64,000 bases of DNA from Pseudomonadota bacterium. Its GTDB lineage: Bacteria; Pseudomonadota; Gammaproteobacteria; Burkholderiales; Burkholderiaceae_C. The stretch is taken from positions 33,004-97,003 of the forward strand of contig JAFEEF010000069.1 of assembly GCA_018241265.1 (NCBI GenBank), written 5' to 3'. Below, in pieces: positions 26,208 to 37,396 of this stretch (within the stretch, counting starts at the first letter, position 1; each line of letters starts with the position of its first letter). Position numbers and translations under genes: made by a program. The notes below the pieces were generated by a model that ran no database searches, had not been told where the DNA came from, and saw only the letters and a list, made by a program, of their open reading frames with translations.

Positions 26208-27517
26208 CCCAGCGCCCGCCCCGCCGTCTCCCGCGTGCACATCACGGCGATCAGCGACACCGCGCCGCAGGCGATCATGTACCACGCCGGCGCGAGGTTC
26301 GAGCCGGTCTGCTGGATCAGCCAGGTCGCGTTGAACTGCGCGAACCCGCCGAAGATCGAAACGCCGAGCGCGTAGACCAGCGACAGGCCGGTGGCGCGGA
26401 TCGCCTTCGGGAACAGCTCGGTGATCAGCACCACGGCCGACACCGAGCTGAAGGCGAGCGGGATGACCAGCATGAACACGGCCGTGAAGAGGCCGGTCGC
26501 GGAGCGCGTCGAGTCCATCAGCATGAAGGCCGGCAGCACCAGCACGCAGAGCAGCACGAACGCGATCACGATGACGGGCTTGCGGCCGTAGCGGTCGGCG
26601 GTCTTGCCGGCGATCGGCGCCAGCAGCATCTGCATGCCGGCGGCGATCCACGCGGCCCACAGGCCGAGCGAGAACGGCATGTGCAGCACGACCTTGGCGT
26701 AGTTCGTCAGGTAGTGCAGCACGAGGTAGTTCGCGGTCGTGCCGCCGACGATCAGGCCGAAGCCGATCAGGAGTTCGCGCTTGTAGTCGCGCAGCACGAC
26801 CGACAGCGCGCTCGGCGGCTTCGGGCCGCGTGCGCCGGGCGCCGCGACGTCGCCGGTCTCCTCCAGATGACGGCGGATATAGGCACCGACCGGAATGACC
26901 AGCAGCCCGATCGCGAACGGTATGCGCCAGCCCCAGCTTTCGAGCGCCTCGGTCGACATCGTCGCGGTGAGCGCCAGGCCGAGCGCCGAGCCGGCGAGCG
27001 TGCTGAGTGCCTGGCTGAAGAGCTGCCAGCTGCAGTAGTAGCCGCGCGTGCGGTCGGTCGCGTATTCGAGCAGCATCGACGTCGACGCGCCGAGTTCGCC
27101 ACCCACCGCGAAGCCCTGGATCAGCCGGCCGACGATGATGATCACCGGTGCCGCGATGCCGATCTGCGCCTGCGTCGGCGCCAGCACGAACACCGCCGAG
27201 CCGAGCGCCATCAGCCACAGGGTCAAGGTCATCGCGGGCTTGCGGCCAGCGCGGTCGGCGTAGTTGCCGATCACGATCCCGCCGAGCGGCCGCATCACGA
27301 AGCCGACGCCGAACACCGCGAGCGACAGCAGCAGCCGGGCGATCTCGCTCTCGCCCGGGAAGAACTGCTTGCCGATCATCGCGGCGAAGAAGGTGTAGAT
27401 CGAGAAGTCGAAGAACTCGAGACCGTTGCCTATCGTGATCGCCGCGATCTTCTTGGCCGAAGGCGTGACTTTCGGCGAAGGTGCGACGCGGTCCAGCGTG
27501 CCGGCGTAAGTGTTCAT
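26204..27517 (-). CDS. MFS transporter, metabolite:H+ symporter (MHS) family (KgtP/ProP-like)
   Basis: 12 TM. N-terminal GNGLEFFDFSIYTFFAAMIGKQFFP signature of MHS permeases. Confidence 0.8.
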   Translation of the reverse strand: MNTYAGTLDRVAPSPKVTPSAKKIAAITIGNGLEFFDFSIYTFFAAMIGKQFFPGESEIARLLLSLAVFGVGFVMRPLGGIVIGNYADRAGRKPAMTLTLWLMALGSAVFVLAPTQAQIGIAAPVIIIVGRLIQGFAVGGELGASTSMLLEYATDRTRGYYCSWQLFSQALSTLAGSALGLALTATMSTEALESWGWRIPFAIGLLVIPVGAYIRRHLEETGDVAAPGARGPKPPSALSVVLRDYKRELLIGFGLIVGGTTANYLVLHYLTNYAKVVLHMPFSLGLWAAWIAAGMQMLLAPIAGKTADRYGRKPVIVIAFVLLCVLVLPAFMLMDSTRSATGLFTAVFMLVIPLAFSSVSAVVLITELFPKAIRATGLSLVYALGVSIFGGFAQFNATWLIQQTGSNLAPAWYMIACGAVSLIAVMCTRETAGRALG

Positions 27518-27542
27518 GGCGGTTCCCTCGAAGTGGTCGAGG

Positions 27543-28718
27543 TCAGGCGAGGAAGCGCTCGACGAGCTTGACCCAGTAGCTCGCGCCGATCGGCAGGATC
27601 GCGTCGTTGAAGTCGTAGCCGGGGTTGTGCACCATGCAGCCGCCCTCGCCGTCGCCGTTGCCTATCGTCAGGTAGCAGCCGGGGCGCTTTTCGAGCATGA
27701 ACGCGAAGTCCTCGCTGCCGGTGAGCGGCTGCATGCCGGGCACCAGCGCGTCTTCGCCCAGCCAGTCGCGCACGACGTCGGCGGCATAGGCCGTCATGGC
27801 CGGATCGTTGTGCAGCGCCGGATAGCGCCACTGGTAGTCGATCTCGGCAGCCGCGCCGAGCACGCGCGCCTGGCCTTCGACGATCTCGGTGATGCGCGTC
27901 TTCAGCAGCGCCCGCACCTCGGGGTCGTAGGCGCGCACGGTGATCTTCATCTCGGCGCTATCGGCGATCACGTTCGGCGCGCTGCCGGCATGGATCGCGC
28001 CGACCGACACCACCGCCATCTGGCGCGGATCGACGTTGCGCGATACGACGCTCTGCAGCGCGATCACGATGTGCGACGCGACCAGCACCGCGTCGACCGT
28101 CATGTGCGGCGCGGACCCGTGGCCGCCCTTGCCCTTCACCTTGACGATCACGGTGTCGGACGACGCCATGAACGGGCCGGGCAGCATGCCGAACCGGCCG
28201 ACCGGATAGCCCGGCATGTTGTGGAACGCGAAGATCGCGTCGCACGGGAACTGCTCGAACAGGCCGTCCTCGATCATCTTCTTCGCGCCGCCCAGGCCTT
28301 CCTCGGCGGGCTGGAAGATCAGGTTCAGCGTCCCGTCGTAGCGGCCCTGGCTCGCGAGGTGCTTGGCGGCCGCGAGCAAGGTCGCGGTATGGCCGTCGTG
28401 GCCGCAAGCGTGCATCTTGCCGGCGATGGTGCTCGCGTACGGCAGCCCCGTCGTCTCGTGGATCGGCAGCGCATCCATGTCGGCGCGCAGGCCGATGGCC
28501 TTGGCGCCGCTGCCCTTCTTCAGCGTGCCGACGACGCCGGTGCCGCCCAAGCCGCGATGCACCCGGTAGCCCCAGGCGGCGAGCCGCTCGGCCACGAGGT
28601 CGGCAGTGCGAAACTCCTCGTAGGCCAGCTCCGGATGCGCGTGGATGCGGTGGCGCAGCTCGCGCATTTCGGGAATGCTGTCGAGCACGCCCGGTACCAG
28701 CAGATCGTTCGAACCCAT
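27543..28718 (-). CDS. M20 family amidohydrolase (hippurate hydrolase / N-acyl-L-amino acid amidohydrolase-like)
   Basis: Metal-binding MHACGHDGH motif. M20D-type dimerisation insert. Start at MGSNDLLVPG with an AGGAAG ribosome-binding site. Confidence 0.8.
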   Translation of the reverse strand: MGSNDLLVPGVLDSIPEMRELRHRIHAHPELAYEEFRTADLVAERLAAWGYRVHRGLGGTGVVGTLKKGSGAKAIGLRADMDALPIHETTGLPYASTIAGKMHACGHDGHTATLLAAAKHLASQGRYDGTLNLIFQPAEEGLGGAKKMIEDGLFEQFPCDAIFAFHNMPGYPVGRFGMLPGPFMASSDTVIVKVKGKGGHGSAPHMTVDAVLVASHIVIALQSVVSRNVDPRQMAVVSVGAIHAGSAPNVIADSAEMKITVRAYDPEVRALLKTRITEIVEGQARVLGAAAEIDYQWRYPALHNDPAMTAYAADVVRDWLGEDALVPGMQPLTGSEDFAFMLEKRPGCYLTIGNGDGEGGCMVHNPGYDFNDAILPIGASYWVKLVERFLA

Positions 28719-28836
28719 ATGGTGTCTTCCTGTCGTCGTCCAGCGGAGGGGGAGCGGGCGCGCCGCGGTCCGCGGTGCTCCGGGCATCCTAGTCGTCGGA
28801 ACGCGTTACGTCGCCCCCCGTCGGCCTGCCTGGCGG

Positions 28837-28848
28837 TTGGCCTGCCAA
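28837..28848. promoter_or_regulatory. candidate LysR-type binding motif TTGGC-N2-GCCAA
   Basis: Inverted repeat in the divergent intergenic region, 19 bp upstream of the LysR gene start. Confidence 0.25.
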
Positions 28849-28866
28849 CCTGCGGTTGACACCTCG

Positions 28867-29877
28867 ATGAAGCTGCACCACCTGCAATACCTCGTCGCGG
28901 TGGCCGAGCAGGGCAGCGTGCGCGCCGCCGCGGTCACGCTCGGCGTCAGCGCCACCGCGGTGAGCCGGGCGCTGATCGAGCTCGAGAACGCCGCCGGCCT
29001 GGCGCTGCTGGAGCGCCAGGCGCAAGGCATCGAGCTGACCGCGGGCGGCCAGGCGCTGCTGGTGCATGCGCGCCTCGCGCTCGGCCAGATCGACGCGGCG
29101 ACGCGCACCCTGGCAGCGCTGCGCGGCCAGGGCCGCGCCCGGCTGTCGATCGGCGTGACGCCCTGGGTCGGCCAGTCGATCCTCGGCCCGGCGCTCGAGG
29201 CGTTCCGGCGCCTGCGCCCGGACGTCCAGCTCGACATCTCGGAGGTGCTCGGCACCGGCTACCGGCCGCTGCGCGACGGCAGCGTCGACGTCGCGATCGG
29301 CCTGGCGCCGCTGCCCGACACCGCCGCCGAGTTCAACGAGAAGCGGCTCTTCAGCTACGGCTCGGCGGTGCTCTGCCGGCACGGCCACGCCTGCGGCGGC
29401 GCCCGCCGCATCGAGGAGTTGCGCGGCCGGGACTGGCTGCTCAGCCGCGACGTCGACCAGTTCCCTGCGCCGCTCGAGCGGCTGTTCACCGGCGATCCGG
29501 GCGACACCCGGGCGCATGTGCATTTCGCCCGCTCGGCGCTGGTCGCGCTGGCGCTGGTGCGCGCCTCCGATCTGCTGACGATCTGCCCGTGGCCGCTGGT
29601 CGAAGCCGACTGGGCGCGCGGCAGCGTGCAGGCGCTGCACCTCGTCGACGAACTGCCGATGCACACGACGAGCCTGTTGACGCGCCGCAACAGCGCCGCG
29701 AGCGGCGTCGTGCGCGAGTTCATCGACTGCTTCGTCGCGACGATCGCCACCGCGCGCGCCGCGCCCGATCCGGTCTTGCGGCGCGTGTTCGCCACGCTCG
29801 AACCGCCGCTTGCGCCGAGCGTGCAAGGCAGCACGCCGGACGCCGGGGCCCCGGCGTCCGGGCCCGAAAGCGGCTGA
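28867..29877 (+). CDS. LysR family transcriptional regulator
   Basis: N-terminal [39 protein letters not shown]. Divergent from the M20 hydrolase gene. Confidence 0.8.
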   Translation: MKLHHLQYLVAVAEQGSVRAAAVTLGVSATAVSRALIELENAAGLALLERQAQGIELTAGGQALLVHARLALGQIDAATRTLAALRGQGRARLSIGVTPWVGQSILGPALEAFRRLRPDVQLDISEVLGTGYRPLRDGSVDVAIGLAPLPDTAAEFNEKRLFSYGSAVLCRHGHACGGARRIEELRGRDWLLSRDVDQFPAPLERLFTGDPGDTRAHVHFARSALVALALVRASDLLTICPWPLVEADWARGSVQALHLVDELPMHTTSLLTRRNSAASGVVREFIDCFVATIATARAAPDPVLRRVFATLEPPLAPSVQGSTPDAGAPASGPESG

Positions 29878-29888
29878 TAGACTGCCGC

Positions 29889-30533
29889 ATGAGCCGCCCG
29901 TCCGACGCGCCCGACGACTATCCGGGCAACCTGTACGTCGTCGCCGCGCCCAGCGGAGCCGGCAAGTCGAGCCTCGTCAGCGCGCTGCTGCAGGTCGATT
30001 CGCACCTCGTCGTCGCGATTTCGCACACCACGCGCGCGCCGCGCGGCCAGGAGCAGCAGGACCGCGAATACCACTTCGTCGACGAGTCGACGTTCCGCTC
30101 GATGATCGAGCGCGGCGAGTTCTTCGAATGGGCCGAGGTGCACGGCAACCTCTACGGCACCTCGCGCGGCGCGATCGAGACGCGCATCACCGGCGGCCAG
30201 GACGTGGTGCTCGAGATCGACTGGCAGGGCGCGCTGCAGATCAAGCGGCTGTTCCCGAACGCGATCCTGATCTTCGTGCTGCCGCCGAGCTGGGACGAGT
30301 TGCGCCAGCGCCTGCACCGGCGCGGCGAGGACCAACCCCCGGTCATCGAGCAGCGCATGGCCAATGCGCGCGTCGAGGTGGCACAGGCCTGCCACTTCGA
30401 CTTCGTTATAATCAACGCCCTGTTCGAGACGGCGCTTTTCGACCTGAAGGCGATCGTCCACTCGCAGCGGCTCAAATACGCTGCGCTGCAAAGAAGCAGG
30501 CCCGCTGTCTTTGCTGCCCTCGGAATCGGATGA
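29889..30533 (+). CDS. gmk: guanylate kinase
   Basis: P-loop [12 protein letters not shown]-binding blocks. Conserved gmk-rpoZ-spoT order. Confidence 0.9.
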   Translation: MSRPSDAPDDYPGNLYVVAAPSGAGKSSLVSALLQVDSHLVVAISHTTRAPRGQEQQDREYHFVDESTFRSMIERGEFFEWAEVHGNLYGTSRGAIETRITGGQDVVLEIDWQGALQIKRLFPNAILIFVLPPSWDELRQRLHRRGEDQPPVIEQRMANARVEVAQACHFDFVIINALFETALFDLKAIVHSQRLKYAALQRSRPAVFAALGIG

Positions 30534-30601
30534 GCCGCGTCGGATGAGCCGCGCCGCCGCGGCAAGTCTCACTGCCAGAACCCCACTGCCGGAACCCCCG
30601 C

Positions 30602-30805
30602 ATGGCCCGCATCACCGTCGAAGACTGCCTCGTCAAGATCCCGAACCGCTTCCAGCTCGTGCTCGCCGCGACCTACCGCGCGCGCATGCTGAGCCAAGGC
30701 CACGCGCCGAAGATCGAAGCGAAGAACAAGCCCGGCGTCACCGCGCTGCGCGAGATCGCCGCCGGCGAGATCGGCGTCGAGATGCTGCGCAAAGTACCCG
30801 TCTAG
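30602..30805 (+). CDS. rpoZ: DNA-directed RNA polymerase subunit omega
   Basis: 67 aa. [30 protein letters not shown] is the canonical omega N-terminus. Confidence 0.9.
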   Translation: MARITVEDCLVKIPNRFQLVLAATYRARMLSQGHAPKIEAKNKPGVTALREIAAGEIGVEMLRKVPV

Positions 30806-30885
30806 AGACGTCCGCGCCCGACACTCCGCCGCCCCGTGCATCCCGCACTGCGGCGGCTCTGCCCGATCCACGTTAAATTCGAGGG

Positions 30886-33156
30886 ATGGGCGAACGTTCC
30901 TCCGACGCGGTGCGTGACCCGGCGCCTCAGCCGGCCGTCTCGAAGCGCGCCGCGCGCAACGCCCCGGCGGTCGCGGGCGCCGCAGCCGCCTCGTTCGCCG
31001 CGCTGACCCACAAGCTCGACTACCTCGACGCGGCCGACATCAAGCAGGTCCGCGCGGCCTACCGGTTTGCCGACGAGGCGCACCTCGGTCAGTTCCGCGT
31101 CACCGGCGAACCCTACATCACCCATCCGATCGCGGTTGCAGGCCTCTGCGCCGAATGGAAGCTCGACGCGCAGGCCATCATGGCCGCGCTGATGCACGAC
31201 GCGATGGAGGACTGCGGCGTCACCAAGATCGAGTTGATCGAGCGCTTCGGCGCACCGACCGCCGATCTGGTCGACGGCCTCACCAAGCTCGACAAGCTGC
31301 GCTTCTCGACCCGCGAGGAATCGCAGGCCGAGTCGTTCCGCAAGATGCTGCTGGCGATGGCGCGCGATGTCCGCGTCATCCTGATCAAGCTCGCCGACCG
31401 GCTGCACAACATGCGCACGATGGCGGCGATGGCGCCCGACAAGCGCGCCCGCATCGCCGCCGAGACGCTCGAGATCTACGCGCCGATCGCGCATCGCCTC
31501 GGCCTGAACCAGACCTACCGCGAGCTGCAGGAGCTGTCGTTCCAGTACCGGCAGCCGTGGCGCCACGGTGCGCTGTCGAAGGCGGTGCAGCGGGCGCGCG
31601 GCAACCGGCGCGACGCGGTCGACCGCATCCAGCGCGACGTCGAGAAGGCGTTCGCCAACCACAAGCTGCCGGTGCAGGTCTACGGCCGCGAGAAGACGCT
31701 CTATTCGATCTACCGGAAGATGCGCGAGAAGCACCTGAGCTTCGCGCAGGTCAACGACATCTTCGGCTTCCGCATCGTCGTGCACACGCTCGACGAGTGC
31801 TACATCGCGCTCGGCGTGCTGCACCAGCTCTACAAGCCGCAGCCCGGGCGCTTCAAGGACTACATCGCGATCCCGAAGGCCAACGGCTACCAGTCGCTGC
31901 ACACGACGCTGGTGAGCCCGCTCGGCACCGCGGTCGAGTTCCAGATCCGCACCGAGGCGATGCACGGCATCGCCGAAAAGGGCATCGCGGCGCACTGGAT
32001 GTACAAGACCGGCGCCGGCCACGTGCAGGAGGCGCAGCGCCTCGGCACGATGTGGCTGCAGTCGCTGCTCGACATCCAGGACGAGACGCACGATGCCAAC
32101 GAGTTCCTCGAGCACGTCAAGATCGACCTGTTCCCCGACGCGGTCTACGTCTTCACGCCGATGTCGAAGATCCTCGCGCTGCCGCGCGGCGCGACGCCGG
32201 TCGACTTCGCCTATTCGATCCACTCCGACGTCGGCGACCATTGCGTCGCGGCGCGCGTCAACGGCGAGCCGGTGGCGCTGCGCACCGAGCTGCGCAGCGG
32301 CGACGTCGTCGAGGTGATCACGGCGCCGGGCGCGCGCCCGAACCCGGCGTGGCTGAACTTCGTGCGCACCGGCCGCGCGCGCTCGAAGATCCGCCACTAC
32401 CTGAAGAACATGGAGCAGGAGGAGTCGCAGGACCTGGGCGAGAAGATGCTCGCGCAGGCGCTGCGCGCCGAAGGCCTGCAGCTCCCCGGCATGGAACCGG
32501 CCGATGCGGCGCTCTGGCAGCAGCTCACGCGCTGGAGCGGCAACCGCTCGCGCGACGAGCTGTTCGTCGACATCGGGCTCGGCCGCAAGATCGCGACGAT
32601 CGTCGCCAAGCGGCTGGCGCGGCTGCTCGCCGAGCGCGGCACGCATCCCGATGCGCTCACGCTGACGATGGGCCGCTATGCCGACGAGGATGCCGCGCCG
32701 GCGCAAGGCACGGTCGTGATCGACGGCAGCGAGGGCGCCTCGGTGCGCCTCGCGCCGTGCTGCCGGCCGATCCCGGGCGACGCGATCGTCGGCTACCTCG
32801 GGCGCGGCGAAGGGCTCCTGGTGCACACCGCCGACTGCAGCGTCGGCAAGCGGCTGTTCGAGCGCGACAACGAGCGCTGGATGGGCGTCGAATGGGCAGA
32901 GCAGCCGGCGCGCACCTTCGAGACCGGCGTGTCGCTGCTGGTGAAGAACGGCAAGGGCGTGCTGGCGCAGGTCGCGTCGGCGGTCAGCGAAGCCGAGGCC
33001 GACATCACCCACATCGACATGGGCGACGAGCCGGCGCTCGAGACGACCGAGCTGCGCTTGCTGGTCAGCGTGCGCGACCGTCTGCACCTCGCCGAAGTGA
33101 TGCGCATGCTGAAGCGCTCGACGGCCGTGCAACGGGTGTCGCGCATCAAGCCGTGA
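30886..33156 (+). CDS. spoT: bifunctional (p)ppGpp synthetase / guanosine-3',5'-bis(diphosphate) 3'-pyrophosphohydrolase
   Basis: HD hydrolase motif (HDAMED). Synthetase domain. TGS and ACT C-terminal domains. Genomic context after rpoZ. Confidence 0.9.
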   Translation: MGERSSDAVRDPAPQPAVSKRAARNAPAVAGAAAASFAALTHKLDYLDAADIKQVRAAYRFADEAHLGQFRVTGEPYITHPIAVAGLCAEWKLDAQAIMAALMHDAMEDCGVTKIELIERFGAPTADLVDGLTKLDKLRFSTREESQAESFRKMLLAMARDVRVILIKLADRLHNMRTMAAMAPDKRARIAAETLEIYAPIAHRLGLNQTYRELQELSFQYRQPWRHGALSKAVQRARGNRRDAVDRIQRDVEKAFANHKLPVQVYGREKTLYSIYRKMREKHLSFAQVNDIFGFRIVVHTLDECYIALGVLHQLYKPQPGRFKDYIAIPKANGYQSLHTTLVSPLGTAVEFQIRTEAMHGIAEKGIAAHWMYKTGAGHVQEAQRLGTMWLQSLLDIQDETHDANEFLEHVKIDLFPDAVYVFTPMSKILALPRGATPVDFAYSIHSDVGDHCVAARVNGEPVALRTELRSGDVVEVITAPGARPNPAWLNFVRTGRARSKIRHYLKNMEQEESQDLGEKMLAQALRAEGLQLPGMEPADAALWQQLTRWSGNRSRDELFVDIGLGRKIATIVAKRLARLLAERGTHPDALTLTMGRYADEDAAPAQGTVVIDGSEGASVRLAPCCRPIPGDAIVGYLGRGEGLLVHTADCSVGKRLFERDNERWMGVEWAEQPARTFETGVSLLVKNGKGVLAQVASAVSEAEADITHIDMGDEPALETTELRLLVSVRDRLHLAEVMRMLKRSTAVQRVSRIKP

Positions 33157-33165
33157 CGGCCTGGC

Positions 33166-33396
33166 TCAGAACAGCCGCGCGTAGTTCTCCAGGAAGCCGC
33201 AGTCGGCGCAGCGGTAGCTCCGGATCGGATACTGGTCGCGGCCCGAGGTGTTGATGCCGAAGAAGAACGACACCGCGGGCGGCCCGGCCACCCAGCGCGA
33301 CACCTGACCGACGTTCAGCGCCGCGGCATCGAGGATGAAGCCCTCCTCCAGCGTGCCGCCGCACTTCGCGCAGGCGGTCGGGGTGTCGGTCGTCAT
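33166..33396 (-). CDS. hypothetical zinc-ribbon protein
   Basis: 76 aa with CAKCGG...CADCG paired CxxC. Start overlaps the greB stop by 4 nt. Confidence 0.4.
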   Translation of the reverse strand: MTTDTPTACAKCGGTLEEGFILDAAALNVGQVSRWVAGPPAVSFFFGINTSGRDQYPIRSYRCADCGFLENYARLF

Positions 33397-33989
33397 GTCG
33401 GCCTCGCGTGTGGATCATGCCCGCCCGTGCCGGGTGCCGGATAGCGTACCTCGACCACCTCGAGGCGCTCGACGCCGCCCGGCGTCGCGACCGACACCTC
33501 GTCGCCCACGCGCGCGCGCAGCAGCGCCCGCGCGATCGGTGCGACCCAGCTCACCTCGCCCGCGAGGTTGTCGGTCTCGTCGATGCCCTTGATCGTGATC
33601 GTGCGCTCGTCGCCGCGCCGGTTCGCATAGGTGACGGTGGCGCCGAAGAACACCTGGTCGTGCCCGTGGTGCGCCGACGGGTCGACCACTTCGGCGATGT
33701 CCAGCCGCTTGGTCAGGAAGCGGATGCGCCTGTCGATCTCGCGCAGCCGCTTCTTGCCGTAGAGGTAGTCGCCGTTCTCCGAGCGGTCGCCGTTCTTCGC
33801 CGCCCACGACACCACCTCGACGACCTTGGGGCGCTCGACATCGAGCAGCTCGAGCAGTTCGGTGCGCAGGCGCGCGTGGCCGGCCGGCGTCATGTAGTTG
33901 CGGGCGCCCTGCGGCAGGGCGGGCAGGCCGCCGGCGTCTTCGTCGTCGTCGACGTCCGCGTCGGTTTCGCGCGTGAAGGCCTTGCTCAT
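33393..33989 (-). CDS. greB: transcription elongation factor GreB
   Basis: Gre N-terminal coiled-coil and C-terminal FKBP-like domain (DRSENGDYLYGKKRLREIDRRIRFL). Start at MSKAFTRE. An alternative shorter start at MTPAGHARL (33893) is possible. Confidence 0.75.
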   Translation of the reverse strand: MSKAFTRETDADVDDDEDAGGLPALPQGARNYMTPAGHARLRTELLELLDVERPKVVEVVSWAAKNGDRSENGDYLYGKKRLREIDRRIRFLTKRLDIAEVVDPSAHHGHDQVFFGATVTYANRRGDERTITIKGIDETDNLAGEVSWVAPIARALLRARVGDEVSVATPGGVERLEVVEVRYPAPGTGGHDPHARPT

Positions 33990-34116
33990 CGTCGTGCGTA
34001 GCCACCCGTCGGTCGAAGGCCCGATCATAGGCGCGAACGCCAACACCCTCACGCGCTGCACACCGGCGCGCGGTCTGTTACCTTTCGCCCCCGTCGAGGT
34101 CCGAGGAGACGCCGCT

Positions 34117-35643
34117 TTGAACAGCCTGAACGAGCGCCTGCGCGCGCTGACACCGGCGCGCCTGCAGGGCATGCGACGGGGCATAGAGAAGGAGAGCCTG
34201 CGCGCGCTGAAGAACGGCTCGCTCGCGCTGACGCCTCATCCGGCCGCGCTCGGCTCGCCGCTCACCCATCCGCACGTGACGACCGATTTCTCGGAGTCGC
34301 AGCTCGAACTCGTCACCGGTGCGCACGCGAGCGTCGAAGCCTGCCTGGCGGAGCTGACCGAGATCCATGCCGCCGTCTATCGCGTGCTCGCCAAGGACGG
34401 GGACGAGCTGATGTGGGTGTCGAGCATGCCGTGCGGGCTGCCGACCGACGAGACCATCCCGACCGGCCGCTACGGCTCGTCCAACGTCGGCCGGGCCAAG
34501 AGCGTCTATCGGACGGGCCTGGGCTACCGCTACGGCCGGCGCATGCAGACCATCTCGGGCATCCACTACAACTGGTCGCTGCCCGGCCTCGACAACCAGG
34601 AGTACTTCGGGCTGATCCGCAACTTCCGGCGCCAGTCGTTCGTGTTGCTGACGCTGTTCGGCGCGTCGCCCGCGGTCTGCTCGAGCTTCGTCGCCGGAAG
34701 GCCGCACGAGCTGCAGACGCTGTCGCCGCACACCCTCTACATGCCTCACGGCACGTCGCTGCGCATGGGGCGTCTCGGCTACCAGAGTGACGCGCAGGCG
34801 TCGCTCTCGGTCAGCTACAACAGCCTCGAAGGCTACGGCGCTTCGCTGCAGGATGCGCTGACGCGGCCCTATCCGCCCTACGAGGCGATCGGCATCATCA
34901 ACCCGGGCGGCGACTACAACCAGCTCGCGACCACGCTGCTGCAGATCGAGAACGAGTTCTACGGCACGATCCGGCCCAAGCGCGTGATCCACCCGGGCGA
35001 GCGGCCGCTGCACGCGCTGCGCGAGCGCGGCGTCGAATACGTCGAGGTGCGTTGCATGGACCTCGATCCGTTCGAGACCGTCGGCATCAATGCGGCGACG
35101 GGACGCTTCCTCGACGTCTTCCTGCTGCACTGCCTGCTCGGCGAGAGTCCGCCCGACACGCCGGCCGAGATCGCCGCCCTCGCGCGCAACCAGCACTACA
35201 CCGCCGCGCGCGGGCGCGAGCCGGGGCTGCAGCTCGAGCGGGCCGGCACGTCGATCGCACTGAGCGACTGGGGCGCCGAGATCATCGCCGAATGCCGGCC
35301 GATCGCCGACGCGGTGGATGCGGCGCTCGGCGGCTCGGCGTATCGCGACGCGATCGAGGCCGCCGCGGCGTCGTGGTCGAATCCGGCATCGCTGCCGTCG
35401 GCGCGCGTCGTCGATACGATGCGTCGCGACCATGCCGATTCCTACACCGGCTTCGTCGCCGCGCTGGCGCAGCGCACGCGCGCAGCGTTGCTCGAGGCGC
35501 CGTTCGGCGCGGAGGCGCAGGCCCGCTATGCGCGCATGGCCGCCGAGTCGATCGACGCGCAACGCGCCATCGAGGCCGGCGACACGATGCCGTTCGAGAT
35601 CTATCGCCGGGAGTACCTCGCGCCGCGCCGGCTGCGCGTCTAA
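34117..35643 (+). CDS. gshA: glutamate--cysteine ligase (proteobacterial GshA type)
   Basis: Resembles the E. coli-type GshA N-terminal region from [26 protein letters not shown] onward. No in-frame ATG; TTG at 34117 proposed as start. Confidence 0.75.
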   Translation: MNSLNERLRALTPARLQGMRRGIEKESLRALKNGSLALTPHPAALGSPLTHPHVTTDFSESQLELVTGAHASVEACLAELTEIHAAVYRVLAKDGDELMWVSSMPCGLPTDETIPTGRYGSSNVGRAKSVYRTGLGYRYGRRMQTISGIHYNWSLPGLDNQEYFGLIRNFRRQSFVLLTLFGASPAVCSSFVAGRPHELQTLSPHTLYMPHGTSLRMGRLGYQSDAQASLSVSYNSLEGYGASLQDALTRPYPPYEAIGIINPGGDYNQLATTLLQIENEFYGTIRPKRVIHPGERPLHALRERGVEYVEVRCMDLDPFETVGINAATGRFLDVFLLHCLLGESPPDTPAEIAALARNQHYTAARGREPGLQLERAGTSIALSDWGAEIIAECRPIADAVDAALGGSAYRDAIEAAAASWSNPASLPSARVVDTMRRDHADSYTGFVAALAQRTRAALLEAPFGAEAQARYARMAAESIDAQRAIEAGDTMPFEIYRREYLAPRRLRV

Positions 35644-36380
35644 CGCAGGTAGTCGAACGCCACCGTGCCGAGCCCGAGCGTCAGGTCCGCCAGCACATGG
35701 CGCGCCTCGACGATCTCGAGCACCGGCAGCTCGGCGACCGGCGCCAGCGCATGGTGGTAGATCTGCAGCGAGGCCGGCCCGGTCCACGCGCCCTTCACCG
35801 TCACGTCGAGCAGCGGGTAGTCGACGATCTCGCAGATGCGCGGCGTGCCGTCGACGTGCGGGATGATCTTCAGCAGCAGGTTGCGGCCGCCGGCGAGGCG
35901 CTTCTGCTCGGCCGCCAGGTCGAGCGCACGGTGCTTGTAGCCCATCGAGCCGACGGCCACCTCGACCGGCCCGTAGTGCAAGCGACCGACCAGCGTGTCG
36001 GCATGGACCTTCAAGGTCGGATTCGCGAGCTTCTTCGGAAAGCCCCAGAGCTCGCGGCCGCCGGCGATCGGCGGATGGTCGTCGAGGTACATCGCATGGG
36101 TGTAGCCGGCCGGCTTGCCCTCGAACGTGACGGCGATCACCTGGCCGCTCTCGGTGTAGTTGCCGAAGCCGGTGGAATCGGGCATGCGGATGAACTCGTA
36201 GCTCACCAGCGGATCGCCGATCTCGAGCGGCTCGGGCACGACGGCGCGCAGCTTCTCGGGGTCGGTGCGGTACGTGATGATGAAGTACTCGCGGTCGACG
36301 AAGCGGTACGGCCCCATCGGGAACGCCGGGCTGGTGAGCGGCATCGCGAAGGCCTTTTCGCGTACGAGGTCGAGTTTCAT
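35640..36380 (-). CDS. acetoacetate decarboxylase family protein
   Basis: ADC family blocks (FPMGPYRF..., catalytic Lys context GFPKKLANP). Start MKLDLVREK. Confidence 0.7.
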   Translation of the reverse strand: MKLDLVREKAFAMPLTSPAFPMGPYRFVDREYFIITYRTDPEKLRAVVPEPLEIGDPLVSYEFIRMPDSTGFGNYTESGQVIAVTFEGKPAGYTHAMYLDDHPPIAGGRELWGFPKKLANPTLKVHADTLVGRLHYGPVEVAVGSMGYKHRALDLAAEQKRLAGGRNLLLKIIPHVDGTPRICEIVDYPLLDVTVKGAWTGPASLQIYHHALAPVAELPVLEIVEARHVLADLTLGLGTVAFDYLR

Positions 36381-36469
36381 GCGGTGCATCCTCGGGTAGG
36401 GGAACGCGTGGGTTGTACACGCTTCTGCCCATCCGGAGATACTCGACCGCTCTACCCCGAGACCGGACC

Positions 36470-37375
36470 ATGACCTTCGAGACGCTGACCTGCACGATCG
36501 CCGACCATGTGCTGACGATCACGTTGAGCCGCCCGGAGCAGCTCAACACCTTCACCGCGGCGATGATGAACGAGCTGATCGCCGCCTTCGACGGCGCCGA
36601 TGCGGACGACGACGTGCGCGCGATCGTCGTCACCGGCAGCGGCCGCGCGTTCTGCGCCGGCGCCGACTTGTCGCAGGGCGGCCAGACCTTCGACTACGCA
36701 CAGCGCAGCGACCGGCCCGACAAGGCCGCGTCGCCGCGCCGCGACGACGGCTCGATCGACTGGAGCCACGAATCGGTGCGCGACGGCGGCGGCCGCGTCG
36801 CATTGCGCATCTTCGAGAGCAAGAAGCCGGTGATCGCGGCGATCAACGGCGCCGCGGTCGGCATCGGCGCGACGATGCTGTTGCCGATGGACGTCCGCAT
36901 CGCGTCCGACAACGCCCGTTTCGGCTTCGTGTTCGCGCGTCGCGGCATCACGCCGGAGGCCTGCTCGAGCTGGTTCCTGCCGCGCATCGTCGGCATCAGC
37001 CGGGCGCTCGAATGGACCTGCACCGGGCGCATCTTCCCGGCCCGGGAAGCGCTCGCCGGCAATCTCGTCAGCAACGTCGTCGCGCCCGACGCGCTGCTGC
37101 CGGCGGCGCATGCGCTGGCGCGCGAGATCGCCGACAACGCCGCGCCGGTGTCGGTGGCGCTGACGCGCCAGATGATGTGGCGCATGCTCGGCGCCGACCA
37201 TCCGATGGAGGCGCACAAGATCGACAGCCGCTCGATCTACGCGCGCGGCGCGATGGCCGATGCGAAGGAAGGCGTCGGCGCGTTCCTCGAGAAGCGGCCG
37301 GCGCAGTTCACCGACAAGGTGTCAACCGACATGCCGGCGTTCTATCCGTGGTGGCGCGAGCGGCCCTACGTCTAA
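36470..37375 (+). CDS. enoyl-CoA hydratase/isomerase (crotonase) family protein
   Basis: Crotonase fold motifs [14 protein letters not shown] and [15 protein letters not shown]. Confidence 0.8.
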   Translation: MTFETLTCTIADHVLTITLSRPEQLNTFTAAMMNELIAAFDGADADDDVRAIVVTGSGRAFCAGADLSQGGQTFDYAQRSDRPDKAASPRRDDGSIDWSHESVRDGGGRVALRIFESKKPVIAAINGAAVGIGATMLLPMDVRIASDNARFGFVFARRGITPEACSSWFLPRIVGISRALEWTCTGRIFPAREALAGNLVSNVVAPDALLPAAHALAREIADNAAPVSVALTRQMMWRMLGADHPMEAHKIDSRSIYARGAMADAKEGVGAFLEKRPAQFTDKVSTDMPAFYPWWRERPYV

Positions 37376-37396
37376 CGGCGTCGAGTCGACGTCGCC

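Noticed and set aside
30806-30885. GC-rich inverted repeat (CCGCCGC...GCGGCGG) between rpoZ and spoT as a terminator
   Set aside because: rpoZ and spoT are normally co-transcribed. The stem is short with no T-run, so it is more likely just GC-rich spacer.
30802-33132. 776-aa minus-strand ORF antisense to spoT
   Set aside because: spoT on the plus strand is unambiguous. The antisense frame is RG-rich junk.
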